Shown: positions 34,970 to 48,699, counted from the first letter of the stretch. The stretch is 57,885 bases of DNA from Octopus bimaculoides (GCF_001194135.2 NC_069007.1:6249597-6307481), one strand, 5' to 3'. The notes: generated by a model not told the origin, from the sequence alone. Made by a program: numbers and translations.

Positions 34970-35845
34970 ACTCTTTTACTTGTTTCAGTCATTTAACTGC
35001 AGCCTTGCTGGAGCACCACCTTTAGTCGAGCAAATCGACCCCAGGACTTATTCTTTGGAAGCCTAGTACTTATCCTATCGATCTCTTTTTGTCGAACCGC
35101 TAAGTTACGGGGACGTAAACACACCAGCATCAGTTGTCAAGCGATGTTGGGGGGACAAATACAGACACACAAACACATACACACATACNNNNNNNNNNNN
35201 NNNNNNNNNNNNNNNNNNNNNNNNNNNNNNNNNNNNNNNNNNNNNNNNNNNNNNNNNNNNNNNNNNNNNNNNNNNNNNNNNNNNNNNNNNNNNNNNNNNN
35301 NNNNNNNNNNNNNNNNNNNNNNNNNNNNNNNNNNNNNNNNNNNNNNNNNNNNNNNNNNNNNNNNNNNNNNNNNNNNNNNNNNNNNNNNNNNNNNNNNNNN
35401 NNNNNNNNNNNNNNNNNNNNNNNNNNNNNNNNNNNNNNNNNNNNNNNNNNNNNNNNNNNNNNNNNNNNNNNNNNNNNNNNNNNNNNNNNNNNNNNNNNNN
35501 NNNNNNNNNNNNNNNNNNNNNNNNNNNNNNNNNNNNNNNNNNNNNNNNNNNNNNNNNNNNNNNNNNNNNNNNNNNNNNNNNNNNNNNNNNNNNNNNNNNN
35601 NNNNNNNNNNNNNNNNNNNNNNNNNNNNNNNNNNNNNNNNNNNNNNNNNNNNNNNNNNNNATATATATATATATATATATATACGACGGGCTTCTTTCAG
35701 TTTCCGTCTACCAAATCCACTCACAAGGCTTTGGTCGGCCAGAGGCTATAGTAGAAGATACTTGCCTAAGGTGCCACGCAGTGGGACTGAACCCGGAACC
35801 ATGTGGTTGGTAAGCAAGCTACTTACCACGCAGCCACTCCTGCAC
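34970..35845 (-). mobile_element. full family D SINE with an N-gap in its internal microsatellite
   Basis: 3' half at 34970-35188 and 5' half at 35680-35845, both close to consensus. Confidence 0.85.
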
Positions 35846-35869
35846 CTATTGAAAGATTTACTAAAGTAA

Positions 35870-36290
35870 CTTTGCCATTATTAACCTGTCTATAATTATA
35901 TTTCTGTTGAAAAACACTATTTTTGCTTCAATTGATTATGAAAATAATAAAAACTTTCATAAAATAACTTTGTCACTATTAAACTAGTGTTTGGAACATA
36001 AATTAAAATGGAATTTCTGTGGAAAGTTTCCATTTAAAACACTTTTAAACAGAAAGTTTGTACCACAACATTAGGGGAGGTCATGAGAAGATTGGTATTT
36101 AAAGGATGAAAACTTTTGTCACCATATTTTGTTTCAATTAATTTTGAAAATAATGAAGAAGCTATTAAAATAACTTTGCCATTATTAAGATGTTATTTGG
36201 AAAATATATAAACAAAATTTTAAAGAGAAATTTGAATTTATATCACTTTAAAATAAGAAAGTTTATATCCTGGAACCATACGTATTCTCA
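35870..36290. repeat. AT-rich MITE-like repeat, two tandem partial copies (also at 30740-30830 and 36850-36960)
   Basis: Recurrent TTCAATT(G/A)ATT(A/T)TGAAAATAAT..AAAATAACTTTG(T/C)CA(C/T)TATTAA. Confidence 0.55.
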
Positions 36291-36299
36291 GACAGGTCT

Positions 36300-36805
36300 G
36301 TTGTTGTTGTTGGCACTCCGTCGCTTACGACGTCGAAGGTTCCAGTTGATCCGATCAATGGAACAACCTGCTCTTGAAATTAACGTGCAAGTGGCTGAGC
36401 ACTCCACAGACACGTGTACCCTTAACGTAGTTCTCGGGGATATTCAGCGTGACACAATGTGACAAGGCTGACCCTTTGAATTACAGGCACAACAGAAACA
36501 GGAAGTAAGAGTGAGAGAAAGTTGTGGTGGAAGAGTACAGCAGGGTTTGCCACCATCTCCTGCTGGAACCTCGTGGAGCTTTGGGTGTTTTCGCTCAATA
36601 AGCACTCANNNNNNNNNNNNNNNNNNNNNNNNNNNNNNNNNNNNNNNNNNNNNNNNNNNNNNNNNNNNNNNNNNNNNNNNNNNNNNNNNNNNNNNNNNNN
36701 NNNNNNNNNNNNNNNNNNNNNNNNNNNNNNNNNNNNNNNNNNNNNNNNNNNNNNNNNNNNNNNNNNNNNNNNNNNNNNCTAACCACTGGGCCATTGCGCC
36801 TTCAC
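36300..36805 (-). mobile_element. tRNA-derived SINE (family E), gapped, with a ~13-bp TSD
   Basis: CTCAGACAGGTCT at 36287-36299 versus CTCAGACAAGTCT at 36807-36819. Confidence 0.88.
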
Positions 36806-38797
36806 GCTCAGACAAGTCTAACTCTTTTCAAACTACATTTCTGCTCAAATACTCTGGTCTTGCTTAAATTAAGTTTTAAAATAATGAAGAATTTTGTAAA
36901 GTAACTTTGTCATAATTAAGCTGGTGTCTGAAACATAAATTAATACAAAATGCTGATGAGTGCAAGTATAAATTATTATTACTGTTTTTACATCTAATTT
37001 TCCATGCATACATGGATCAGAGATGTGTGTTTTAGCAGAGTTTTCTATGGCTGGATGTTCTCCCTGTTGCCAACCCTCACCTGTTTCTAAGCAGAGTCAT
37101 AATCTCCAAGTTTATCAAACAACAGATAACCCAAGCGTGGCTATATGGAAAACTGGAATCAGACAACGCCAAACCTGAGATTTTATTTAGAAACCATCAA
37201 ACAAAATGCATGCATGAAGAAGAAGGAAATGCAAAAACAGTCACACACACACACACAAACACACACACACATACACACACATATACACACACATGCACAC
37301 ACACATACACGCACAAACACACACACATACACACACAAACACAAATGCACAGATACACACACAAACACATAGACACACAGACACAGATGCACGCAAACAC
37401 ACATACACACACAAACACATACACATGCACACACACACACACACACACAGAGGAACACACGTACATACTGAAACACACACATACAGGATTCTATACAATC
37501 TCCATGTATCAAATCCAATCCACTTACATGGCTTTAGCTTCCCTGAGGCTATTGTAGAAGACATTTGTAGAAGAAATTTGCCGAACGCTCAACAGAACAG
37601 GACTGAATCTGAGAACTTCTGATTGAGAAATAAAGTTCTTAACCACAGAGCTATTTCCACACCTATATGCCATACCTACGAAAGAGCTGTAATATTTTTC
37701 CTTGGCCTAATATGCTTGTTAATTATGATAAATGTAGGGCACTAAATGAGCCTTGCCTACCGGGGCTCTGAGAACTCTTTTTATGCAATTAGGTAGAACT
37801 ATAGCAAGTACTGTCTCAAATCCTAGGGTACATAGGGCTGGTTATCCAGTTTCTATGGTATACAAAGGACCAAGATCTCAATATTTTCCCTGAACGGGAT
37901 ATTAGTCTGTTGCAGGGTTCCTCATTTACTGATGAGCAGACTGGAGCAATGTGAAAACAAGTGTTTTGCTCAATAACACAACACACCAACCAATCCAGGA
38001 ATTGAAACCAAGATCTTGCAATTGTGAATGTGACACAATAACCACTAGGTCACATGATTTCACATGTAGAACAATACTATTTAATGTACCTTATAAGAAA
38101 ATGAGATGAAAAGGAATAAATGATTCATTATCCATCATCCTCAAGTATTTTAAATCTGGGTTTTGTCCCCATTAACGGGGGGTGGCCAGATCTACCTCAA
38201 TGCCATAGCAACCAAGGTAGGCAGGTGCAGCCCACCCCAACCTTTCAGCTGACTAGTGCCCATTCTCTTTTACTATCATGAATTTTTTTTTTTTTTTTGA
38301 GCTGGATTTTCTACAGGGAGCATGGCCTTGTTTACCCCCAACCCCAGTTTCTAGACATGAGTGGTCCCAAGATCAAGACCTCTACCATGATTTTTAAGAA
38401 ATGTGGTGGAAAACTAGCTCAGGAAGACAGGGACACTGCTCCCTGAAACCCCTTATGGAGCCCCCCTACCTATTATCTCATGATATTCATTAGCTTACAG
38501 CCACTTCTGCTATAAGATGCAGTGGACTCACAGTTGAGTGCCTGAAAAACACCTTATAGAAGGGTTTGGAGAACTTTTTTAATCAATTGCCCCAATATAT
38601 ATCTATTTACGCTGACATTATCCTCCTTGATTTGAAAGGTAGAAAATCATAGATTCTTTGAATTCAAAGCGTTTCTGGAATCTATTTATATGGAAAATAC
38701 AATTATAAATATAATAAGTATAAAACAAATGCGATAAAAAAAATTAATATTCTCATTATGAAACAAAAAGATTTTTCTAGAAACATTTTCACTTCAG

Positions 38798-38926
38798 GAT
38801 TTGGAGAAATGATGTTTCCTTTTTTGTTACAATTACATCAAAATTGGGTCATTTTGATGCCAGAGCGATTTGGATACAGCCTTCAGGATCTAATCACTTA
38901 CTCGGCTCTGTTTTTATGTTGCAAAG
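38798..38926 (+). CDS. candidate internal exon of an unidentified host gene (129 nt)
   Basis: Acceptor CATTTTCACTTCAG| and donor AAG|GTAGGT. Length is divisible by 3 and two frames are open (IWRNDVSFFVTITSKLGHFDARAIWIQPSGSNHLLGSVFMLQ, or FGEMMFPFLLQ..CCK). No similarity to the repeats in this window and no recognised protein family. Confidence 0.3.
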
Positions 38927-39171
38927 GTAGGTTGTTGCAAAAGGCGGCAACTTTTTGACTGTTTCCTTATGCCAGAAGAAGAATTTCTGTTGTAACAAGG
39001 AACACATTTTTTATATAATTCTACTTATATCAAATGAGTTCTTATCATCCCAAAGAATTTCATTTTTACCTTATTTGGGGTAATTTACCCTGGCTCACTG
39101 AACCCTGCCTGATAGCTTCACCAGAGCCTCACCTATATCCTATACTTATTCAAGGCTATTGTTTGTAATAT

Positions 39172-39559
39172 GTTGTTGTTGGCACTCCGTCGCTTACGAT
39201 GTCGAGGGTTCCAGTTGATCCGATCAACAGAACAGCCTGCTCATGAAATTAACGTGCAAGTGGCTGAGCACTCCACAGACTTGTGTACCCTTAACGTAGT
39301 TCTCGGGGATATTCAACGTGACACAGAGTGACAAGGCTGATCTTTTGAATTACAGACACAACAGAAACAGGAAGTAAGAGTGAGAGAAAGTTGTGGTGAA
39401 AGAGTACAGCAGGGTTCGCCACCATCCCCTGCCAGAGCCTTGTGGAGCTTTTAGGTGTTTTCGCTCAATAAACACTCACAATACCTGGTCTGGGAATCGA
39501 AACCACAATTCTATGACTGCGAGTCCACTGCCCTAACCACTGAGCCATTGCACCTCCAC
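39172..39559 (-). mobile_element. tRNA-derived SINE (family E) with a ~13-bp TSD
   Basis: TTGTTTGTAATAT at 39159-39171 versus TTATTTGTAATAT at 39560-39572. Confidence 0.9.
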
Positions 39560-39585
39560 TTATTTGTAATATCACAAGGATGTAA

Positions 39586-39800
39586 AGGTGGCAAGTTGGC
39601 AGAATCATTAGAACTCCAGGCAAAATGATTAGCAGTATTTCCTCAATCCGTACATTCTGAGTTCAAATTCTGCTGAAATAGCCTTTGCCTTTCATTCATT
39701 TAGGGGTTGATAAAATAAGTACCAGTCAAGTACTGGGGTTGATGTCATCAACTTACACATCACCCAAAATAGCTGGCCTTGTGTCGAAATTTGAAACTGG
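39586..39800 (+). mobile_element. Meta-like SINE (family F)
   Basis: GGCAGAATCATTAG..TTCTGAGTTCAAATTC..TTTGCCTTTCATTCATTTAGGGGTTGATAAAATAAGTACCAG. Confidence 0.75.
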
Positions 39801-40159
39801 TATGACAAGGATTTCATCACTGTTATTTCTAGCATGTCAAACAACCACATACCAGCTCTATCACTAAGAACAAGAGAGTTGCCAGCGGCTTCCAATGTGT
39901 TATTCTCAGTTGGTTTGATAACCAATAAAATTTACTAGCAGTAATAGGTAGGCTAGTTCCAAGCTAATATAAATCTATTGAAATATGTTGCCTGTGGCTA
40001 ATTACATTTTTGTTGGTGCTAACAATGGTTATTCATATGTGAATAAAGTTCTGTGATAGTTCCAATACATTTTCATTGCATATTACAGACAACAGATACA
40101 GTATGTTGTCATATATAATATGTTTTAACAATTACAAGGTAACTAGCATGAAATTTTCA

Positions 40160-40190
40160 AAAAAATTCTATACATACTCACACACACACA

Positions 40191-40233
<43 letters not shown>

Positions 40234-40450
40234 GTAGTTGCATAGTGATGTGTGTGTGCATATGTATACACACATATGTAGGTACATATGTTGGTATACA
40301 TATGTACATATACAGACATACACACATGTATATATGTTCATATTCATACACACACACATATATATATATGCATGTACCCATACATTTATAAATGTGTATG
40401 TATCTATCTATCATCATTTATCTATTTATCTCTCTCTATATATATATAGA

Positions 40451-40485
<35 letters not shown>

Positions 40486-41380
40486 TAATATATGTATATA
40501 TATATATTTTATATATATATATATATATATATCTATATATATATATATATATATATATATTAATATANNNNNNNNNNNNNNNNNNNNNNNNNNNNNNNNN
40601 NNNNNNNNNNNNNNNNNNNNNNNNNNNNNNNNNNNNNNNNNNNNNNNNNNNNNNNNNNNNNNNNNNNNNNNNNNNNNNNNNNNNNNNNNNNNNNNNNNNN
40701 NNNNNNNNNNNNNNNNNNNNNNNNNNNNNNNNNNNNNNNNNNNNNNNNNNNNNNNNNNNNNNNNNNNNNNNNNNNNNNNNNNNNNNNNNNNNNNNNNNNN
40801 NNNNNNNNNNNNNNNNNNNNNNNNNNNNNNNNNNNNNNNNNNNNNNNNNNNNNNNNNNNNNNNNNNNNNNNNNNNNNNNNNNNNNNNNNNNNNNNNNNNN
40901 NNNNNNNNNNNNNNNNNNNNNNNNNNNNNNNNNNNNNNNNNNNNNNNNNNNNNNNNNNNNNNNNNNNNNNNNNNNNNNNNNNNNNNNNNNNNNNNNNNNN
41001 NNNNNNNNNNNNNNNNNNNNNNNNNNNNNNNNNNNNNNNNNNNNNNNNNNNNNNNNNNNNNNNNNNNNNNNNNNNNNNNNNNNNNNNNNNNNNNNNNNNN
41101 NNNNNNNNNNNNNNNNNNNNNNNNNNNNNNNNNNNNNNNNNNNNNNNNNNNNNNNNNNNNNNNNNNNNNNNNNNNNNNNNNNNNNNNNNNNNNNNNNNNN
41201 NNNNNNNNNNNNNNNNNNNNNNNNNNNNNNNNNNNNNNNNNNNNNNNNNNNNNNNNNNNNNNNNNNNNNNNNNNNNNNNNNNNNNNNNNNNNNNNNNNNN
41301 NNNNNNNNNNNNNNNNNNNNNNNNNNNNNNNNNNNNNNNNNNNNNNNNNNNNNNNNNNNNNNNNNNNNNNNNNNNNNNNN

Positions 41381-41417
<37 letters not shown>

Positions 41418-41493
41418 CATGCATATACACACATGCATACATATATAAATTTATGTATATAAGTGATTATGTGTGTATAATATATATATCTAA

Positions 41494-41555
<62 letters not shown>

Positions 41556-41785
41556 TTCTATGCATGTTTATATGTATATACATATATACATGTATGAGTG
41601 AATGTGTGAGTATATATGTGTGTGTGAGTGTGCATGAGCATAGATATGTGTGTGTGTGTGTATATATCAGCATACATTTATGCATATATGCATTTCTGTA
41701 ATATTTATATATGTGTGTACATGAATATTTGTGTTTATATACTTATGTGTGTATTGTATGTAGTATATGTATGTATGTATGTATG

Positions 41786-41831
<46 letters not shown>

Positions 41832-41850
41832 TATATATATACACACACAN
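40160..41850. repeat. (CA)n/(TA)n/(TG)n low-complexity region with a large gap
   Basis: Direct reading of the sequence. Confidence 0.95.
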
Positions 41851-42553
41851 NNNNNNNNNNNNNNNNNNNNNNNNNNNNNNNNNNNNNNNNNNNNNNNNNN
41901 NNNNNNNNNNNNNNNNNNNNNNNNNNNNNNNNNNNNNNNNNNNNNNNNNNNNNNNNNNNNNNNNNNNNNNNNNNNNNNNNNNNNNNNNNNNNNNNNNNNN
42001 NNNNNNNNNNNNNNNNNNNNNNNNNNNNNNNNNNNNNNNNNNNNNNNNNNNNNNNNNNNNNNNNNNNNNNNNNNNNNNNNNNNNNNNNNNNNNNNNNNNN
42101 NNNNNNNNNNNNNNNNNNNNNNNNNNNNNNNNNNNNNNNNNNNNNNNNNNNNNNNNNNNNNNNNNNNNNNNNNNNNNNNNNNNNNNNNNNNNNNNNNNNN
42201 NNNNNNNNNNNNNNNNNNNNNNNNNNNNNNNNNNNNNNNNNNNNNNNNNNNNNNNNNNNNNNNNNNNNNNNNNNNNNNNNNNNNNNNNNNNNNNNNNNNN
42301 NNNNNNNNNNNNNNNNNNNNNNNNNNNNNNNNNNNNNNNNNNNNNNNNNNNNNNNNNNNNNNNNNNNNNNNNNNNNNNNNNNNNNNNNNNNNNNNNNNNN
42401 NNNNNNNNNNNNNNNNNNNNNNNNNNNNNNNNNNNNNNNNNNNNNNNNNNNNNNNNNNNNNNNNNNNNNNNNNNNNNNNNNNNNNNNNNNNNNNNNNNNN
42501 NNNNNNNNNNNNNNNNNNNNNNNNNNNNNNNNNNNNNNNNNNNNNNNNNNNNN

Positions 42554-42787
42554 AGCACATAAAAGACACCATTTCGAGCGTGGCCGTTTTCGTGCGGGTG
42601 ACACGTAAAAGCACCCACTACACTCTCTGAGTGGTTGGCGTTAGGAAGGGCATCCAGCTGTAGAAACTCTGCCAAATTAGACCGGAGCCTGGTGTTGCCA
42701 TCCGGTTTCACCAGTCCTCAGTCAAATCGTCCAACCCATGCTAGCATGGATAGCGGACGTTAAACGATGATGATGATGATGATGATG
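42554..42787 (+). mobile_element. RTE LINE 3' end (family A), young
   Basis: ~3 differences from 1-180, with a (GAT)n tail. Confidence 0.8.
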
Positions 42788-43319
42788 TATGTATATACAT
42801 ATATTTGTGTGTATATCTATATTTCTGTATATATATAAATGTGTCTGTATTAATATGTGTATGTGTTTGTATATACTCACATGCACACACACACACATAC
42901 ACTCACACACGTAACCAAACACATTAACTATACAATATACATACTTAGCTTTGAATAGGGAACAGCACTTATTTTCAAGCATGTCATCATCATATTAGCA
43001 ACATTTCTATATAATCCTAAATCAAATTCTATTTACCTTCATTGAAATTCCTGGTAATTTCTTTCATAGAAAGGACTATTTCGAAGGTAAATATAAGATA
43101 TTTATTGTTACAATTACTATCTGGTTGCTTGAGTAAGAGTTTTCTACCATGAACCTGGATTATATTAGAAGACCAACAAAGCATTGAGAATGAATTTGAC
43201 AGAGAGAAGCTGAAAGAAACCTGTTGAACCTACCTACCTACCCACCCACCTATTTACCTACCTACCTATCCAACTACCCACCTACCTACCCACCCACCTA
43301 CCTACCTACTTACCTATCC

Positions 43320-43351
<32 letters not shown>

Positions 43352-43409
43352 GTCTGTATGTGTGTTCGGTTGTGTGTGTGTGTTGATGTGTGTGTATGTG
43401 TGTACACTT

Positions 43410-43585
43410 TTATTCTTTTATTTGTTTCAGTCATTTGACTGCAGCCATGCTGGAGCACCGCCTTATAGGGTTTTAGTCAAAGAAATCGACTTCTGGACTT
43501 GATTTTATTTTTAAACCTGATATTTATTTTCTTGGTCTCTCTTTGCGAAATGGCTAAGTTACAGGGACATAAACACACTAACACA
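43410..43585 (-). mobile_element. family D SINE 3' half
   Basis: TTGTTTCAGTCATTTGACTGCAGCCATGCTGGAGCACCGCC..GCTAAGTTACAGGGACATAAACAC. Confidence 0.75.
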
Positions 43586-44526
43586 AAGGAGGTCTGCAAC
43601 GAAATAATTTTACTCAACACTTTGCAAGTGAATCAGTGGAGGCAAAGATGCGTCTCATTTACTTGACAATTTATGCCCCACATTGCAGAAATCACAATGT
43701 AAGTATATCTGAAAGGATAGTCTTACACTGTTGTACCATTGAATTACAAATAATGTTCATCTGTTATGTTCGGGTGACCCTATAGCTTCCAATAGTACAA
43801 CTGTATTCGTCTTTGCTTAGGAAAAATGACTAAATTGTGGGTGTGAAGTCCTCATGAAAGGGTCGTAATTTCTAAGAAGAAGAAATTTTAGAAACATTAC
43901 TTTATTTGTGTGTAATATGTATGGTTAAAATTTCATCAACATCAAAAACATGAATTTTCATGGGGGTTATGGCCATTATGCATAGAATATAATTTCCAAA
44001 TTTCATNNNNNNNNNNNNNNNNNNNNNNNNNNNNNNNNNNNNNNNNNNNNNNNNNNNNNNNNNNNNNNNNNNNNNNNNNNNNNNNNNNNNNNNNNNNNNN
44101 NNNNNNNNNNNNNNNNNNNNNNNNNNNNNNNNNNNNNNNNNNNNNNNNNNNNNNNNNNNNNNNNNNNNNNNNNNNNNNNNNNNNNNNNNNNNNNNNNNNN
44201 NNNNNNNNNNNNNNNNNNNNNNNNNNNNNNNNNNNNNNNNNNNNNNNNNNNNNNNNNNNNNNNNNNNNNNNNNNNNNNNNNNNNNNNNNNNNNNNNNNNN
44301 NNNNNNNNNNNNNNNNNNNNNNNNNNNNNNNNNNNNNNNNNNNNNNNNNNNNNNNNNNNNNNNNNNNNNNNNNNNNNNNNNNNNNNNNNNNNNNNNNNNN
44401 NNNNNNNNNNNNNNNNNNNNNNNNNNNNNNNNNNNNNNNNNNNNNNNNNNNNNNNNNNNNNNNNNNNNNNNNNNNNNNNNNNNNNNNNNNNNNNNNNNNN
44501 NNNNNNNNNNGCACATATATACTGTT

Positions 44527-45400
44527 AGACGAGAGAAACGACTGGCAGAACTTAATATATTCCTTCAGAAACAAAAATACTTCAACAGATTAATTCAACA
44601 TGCCATAACAAAAGCAAAGGAGATCCCAATCTCTACCTTATGGAGAAATACTCAGACTAGGTGTAAAAATAAAAATACAAATACAAGTATTTCATTTGTA
44701 ATCAAGCTCAATCCTAGAAACCACAACATCCTCCACTCAGCCAAATGATGCCTCCCAATTCTACACCAATCCCCCAATCTCCAACAAACAATTAAGAAAT
44801 CACAAATTATCAACAGTCGAAGACAACTATTTAACTTCAAGAGACTCCTAACAAAGGCGGGATTCACATTTGAAAAAGAAATGATGCAAATAACTAAATG
44901 TGGAGACCCCTGTTGTGGGACATGCGAATTAATTGAGCAAGGGACAACCAAATGATTTAAGAATGAGAAAGAATTAAAGGTGAATGCAAACATAAATTGC
45001 AAAGCAAAAAAACTCATCTACTGCATCAGATGCAATGAAAACCACATTGGAGAGACAGGAAGGAAACTGACCAGCCGTGTAAACATGCATAAACAACAAA
45101 TTAGGGAATCATCTCTTAGGAATGTACCATGAAGTGAACATCTTGGTATCTGTGCAAATGGAAAATTTAAAATATTTACCATTTTACAAAATAAATGATG
45201 AAAGATATTCAACTATGAAAGGCAAAAGAAGAATGCTTTATAAACATTCTAAATCCGAAATTAAACCGAAAATAGCCAACACTCCATATAATAAACAATG
45301 GTAAAAGAGTATCTATGACTAACTATGAAAGTCAAAGGAAGAATAATTCATGAAAATCCTAAATCCGAAAATAAACTGGAATAGTTAATACTACCAATAC
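44527..45400 (+). mobile_element. Penelope-like element C-terminus: RT thumb, Cys-rich linker and GIY-YIG endonuclease (degenerate)
   Basis: RLAELNIFLQKQKY..LIQHAITKAKEIP; KCGDPCCGTCELI; NCKAKKLIYCIRCNENHIGETGRKLTSRVNMHKQQI..SEHL; EECFINILNPKLN. Confidence 0.88.
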
Positions 45401-46316
45401 AACAAAAATAACAACTTCCTTTTTCATATCTTAACAAAAGGTTAATCAAAGGCATTCATACACACTAGGAAAAGAACTTCTTCCAAAATGATTAGTTACA
45501 TTCTATTAAAAGATTTTATAACGTTTTTTTAGAAAATAACTTTTTTTAAAAATCCCCTTTATTCTTAAAAACTGTATTATGTATTTTTCTCAAAGACTTT
45601 CATATATATATATATATATATATNNNNNNNNNNNNNNNNNNNNNNNNNNNNNNNNNNNNNNNNNNNNNNNNNNNNNNNNNNNNNNNNNNNNNNNNNNNNN
45701 NNNNNNNNNNNNNNNNNNNNNNNNNNNNNNNNNNNNNNNNNNNNNNNNNNNNNNNNNNNNNNNNNNNNNNNNNNNNNNNNNNNNNNNNNNNNNNNNNNNN
45801 NNNNNNNNNNNNNNNNNNNNNNNNNNNNNNNNNNNNNNNNNNNNNNNNNNNNNNNNNNNNNNNNNNNNNNNNNNNNNNNNNNNNNNNNNNNNNNNNNNNN
45901 NNNNNNNNNNNNNNNNNNNNNNNNNNNNNNNNNNNNNNNNNNNNNNNNNNNNNNNNNNNNNNNNNNNNNNNNNNNNNNNNNNNNNNNNNNNNNNNNNNNN
46001 NNNNNNNNNNNNNNNNNNNNNNNNNNNNNNNNNNNNNNNNNNNNNNNNNNNNNNNNNNNNNNNNNNNNNNNNNNNNNNNNNNNNNNNNNNNNNNNNNNNN
46101 NNNNNNNNNNNNNNNNNNNNNNNNNNNNNNNNNNNNNNNNNNNNNNNNNNNNNNNNNNNNNNNNNNNNNNNNNNNNNNNNNNNNNNNNNNNNNNNNNNNN
46201 NNNNNNNNNNNNNNNNNNNNNNNNNNNNNNNNNNNNNNNNNNNNNNNNNNNNNNNNNNNNNNNNNNNNNNNNNNNNNNNNNNNNNNNNNNNNNNNNNNNN
46301 NNNNNNNNNNNNNNNN

Positions 46317-46329
<13 letters not shown>

Positions 46330-46357
<28 letters not shown>

Positions 46358-46399
46358 GTAGATAGAAAGGTAGATAGATAGATAGATAGAAATGGATAG

Positions 46400-46442
<43 letters not shown>

Positions 46443-46560
46443 AGATAGATAGACAGACAGATAGATAATAGATAGATAGATAGACGATAGATAGATAGAT
46501 AATAGATAGATAGATAGACGATAGATAGATAGATAATAGATAGATAGATAGGTAGATAGT
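46330..46560. repeat. (TA)n and (GATA)n microsatellites
   Basis: Direct reading of the sequence. Confidence 0.95.
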
Positions 46561-46827
46561 AAATGGAAAAGAAAAACGAGGGTAAAAACAAAAGACAATG
46601 TAAGTTTGAAGGATGTACAAGCAAAATGTATTAGGTTGACGCAAACTTGAAGATGTAAAAAGAGGGTATGTAACATTTTGAGCATGGCTCTTCTTGAGAA
46701 AGATGAAAGAGGAAAAGTCAGGAGAGGGGAAAAAACAATTCCAAGAAAAGCAACGTGTGTTGTTACACGCTTGAAGTGACTGGTAGTGGCTACACACACA
46801 CACACACTCACACACACACTCACACCT

Positions 46828-47910
46828 AAGGTGAGCTGGCAGAATCATTAGCCTGCTAAGCAAGATGCTTTGTGGAATTTCGTCCTGAGCTTGGTTTTGC
46901 CTTTCATCCTTTGGTGTCGTTAAAATAGATACCAGTTGACTACTGGGGTTGATGTAATCAACTGATCCACTACCTCGAAATTGTTGGCCTTCAGCAAAAA
47001 TTTGGAGAAGGTGTGGTTCTGTGGTAAGAAGTTTGCTTCACAACCACATGGTTCTGGGTTCAGTTCCACTGTGTAACACCTTGGGCAAGTGTCTTCTACT
47101 ATAGGCCTCGGTTCCCCAAAAGCTGGTGAGTAGATTTGGCAGAAAGAAACTGAAAGAAGCCTGTCATACATATATACATATGTGCATGTATATGTGTGTG
47201 TGTGTGTGTGTATGCGTGTTTGTCTCGCACCACCAACTGACACCCAGTGTTGGTGTGTTTACATCCCCATAACTTAGCAGTTCAACAAAAGACACTAAGA
47301 GAATAAGTACCAGGCTTTAAAAGGAAAAGGGACAGGGGTTAAATGATTTAACAAAAAAATTCTTCAAGGTGTTGCCCCAGCATGGCCATAGTCTAATGAC
47401 TGAAACAAGGACAGAAGAAAATATATTGGCAGAATTGTTAGCATGCTGGGCGAAATGCTTAGTGGTCTTTCGTCTGCCACTATGTTCTGTGTTCAAATTC
47501 TGCCGAGGTTGACTTAGTCTTCCATCCTTTCGAGGTTAATAAATTGAGTACCAGTCAAATGCTGGGGTCGATGTGATTGACTATATCCCTCCCCACAAAA
47601 TTCAGGTCTTGTGCCTATAGTAGAAAGGATTATAATTATTATTATTATTATATAGGCACAGGTATGACTGTGTGATAAACTTGTTTTCCAACCACATAGT
47701 TCTGGGTTCAGTCTCACTGCGTGGCACCTTGGGTAAGTGTCTTCCACTTTAGCCTCAGGCTGATCAAAGTCTTGTGAATGGATCTGGTAGGTGGAAACTG
47801 AAAGAAGCCCGTCGTATATATATATGTATATGTGTCTTGTGTCTGTGTTTGTCCCCCATCCATCATTGATCTTGCTTCGACTCCAGCATGGTCCTGGTCA
47901 AATGACTGAC
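46828..47910 (+). mobile_element. co-oriented SINE cluster: F (46828-47005), D (47010-47410), F (47426-47630), internally deleted D (47645-47910)
   Basis: Each segment matches the family consensus seen elsewhere in the window. Confidence 0.75.
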
Positions 47911-48699
47911 AAAATAAAAGAATATATTTTGATAGACAGATTTATGCTGAAAGTGTACAAATCTCTAAGCAGCAGCAGATTCCATCTATCAACCTCTCAT
48001 CATCTCTTCTGTTCTGAAATGCCAAATAAAACCATGATTCCCGTAGGCTGTGATGCTAATGTAAACAATTTTCATGTCAGAACTAGGATGAAATTAACAG
48101 CCGAGTCTCTGAACAAATATTGAGAAACATCTGGAAGGAAACCAGTGTGTTTTCCACTAACTTAATTACATTCTGTGGTAGTTGGATATCCTTAAAGAAA
48201 AATTCTTATAATTATAGTTTTTTTTTTGTTTTTTTGTTTTTTCTGTGTTATTGTTGTTTTGGTTGTTACTGTTTGTGCATTCATTAAATTAGTAATTTTA
48301 AAAAATTAATTAAAAAACAAGACATACTAAATGATCATTAAATTAAATGATTCCAATGTCGTATATACAAAACTGTATATCTAGATAGAGAGAAGGAAAG
48401 TGGAGCAGAAGAGGGAAAGAGAGACTTATGAGGAGAGAAAGAGAGGAGGAGAAAGAGAGGGAGTGAAAGAGAGGGAGAGAAGAACCCATTGGTTTTCATT
48501 GGAAACCTTTCTCTGTAAATTTCTTTTTAAAAAATTATCTTTCAGAAATCTGGCTCTTTTTCTGTTAGTTTTCTTTGTGTTTTTCTTTTACTCACTTTCT
48601 TTTCCTCTCTCTCCCCACCCCTCTCTGTATGATGTAAAGTATGACTGGGGAAATTATTTAACCAACCAACATGTATATCAGCTATTATTAAACACAGGC

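Noticed and set aside
43870-43900. TTTCTAAGAAGAAGAAATTTTAGAAACATT as a fourth hammerhead
   Set aside because: The core and stem II are too degenerate and there is no stem I. It cannot be supported without a family consensus.
830-46863. Long ORFs of 200-490 aa in the supplied track (e.g. 830-1792, 13151-14161, 40238-41701, 45577-46863)
   Set aside because: They consist of X residues from N-gaps and dipeptide repeats (YI, HT, CV) from microsatellites.
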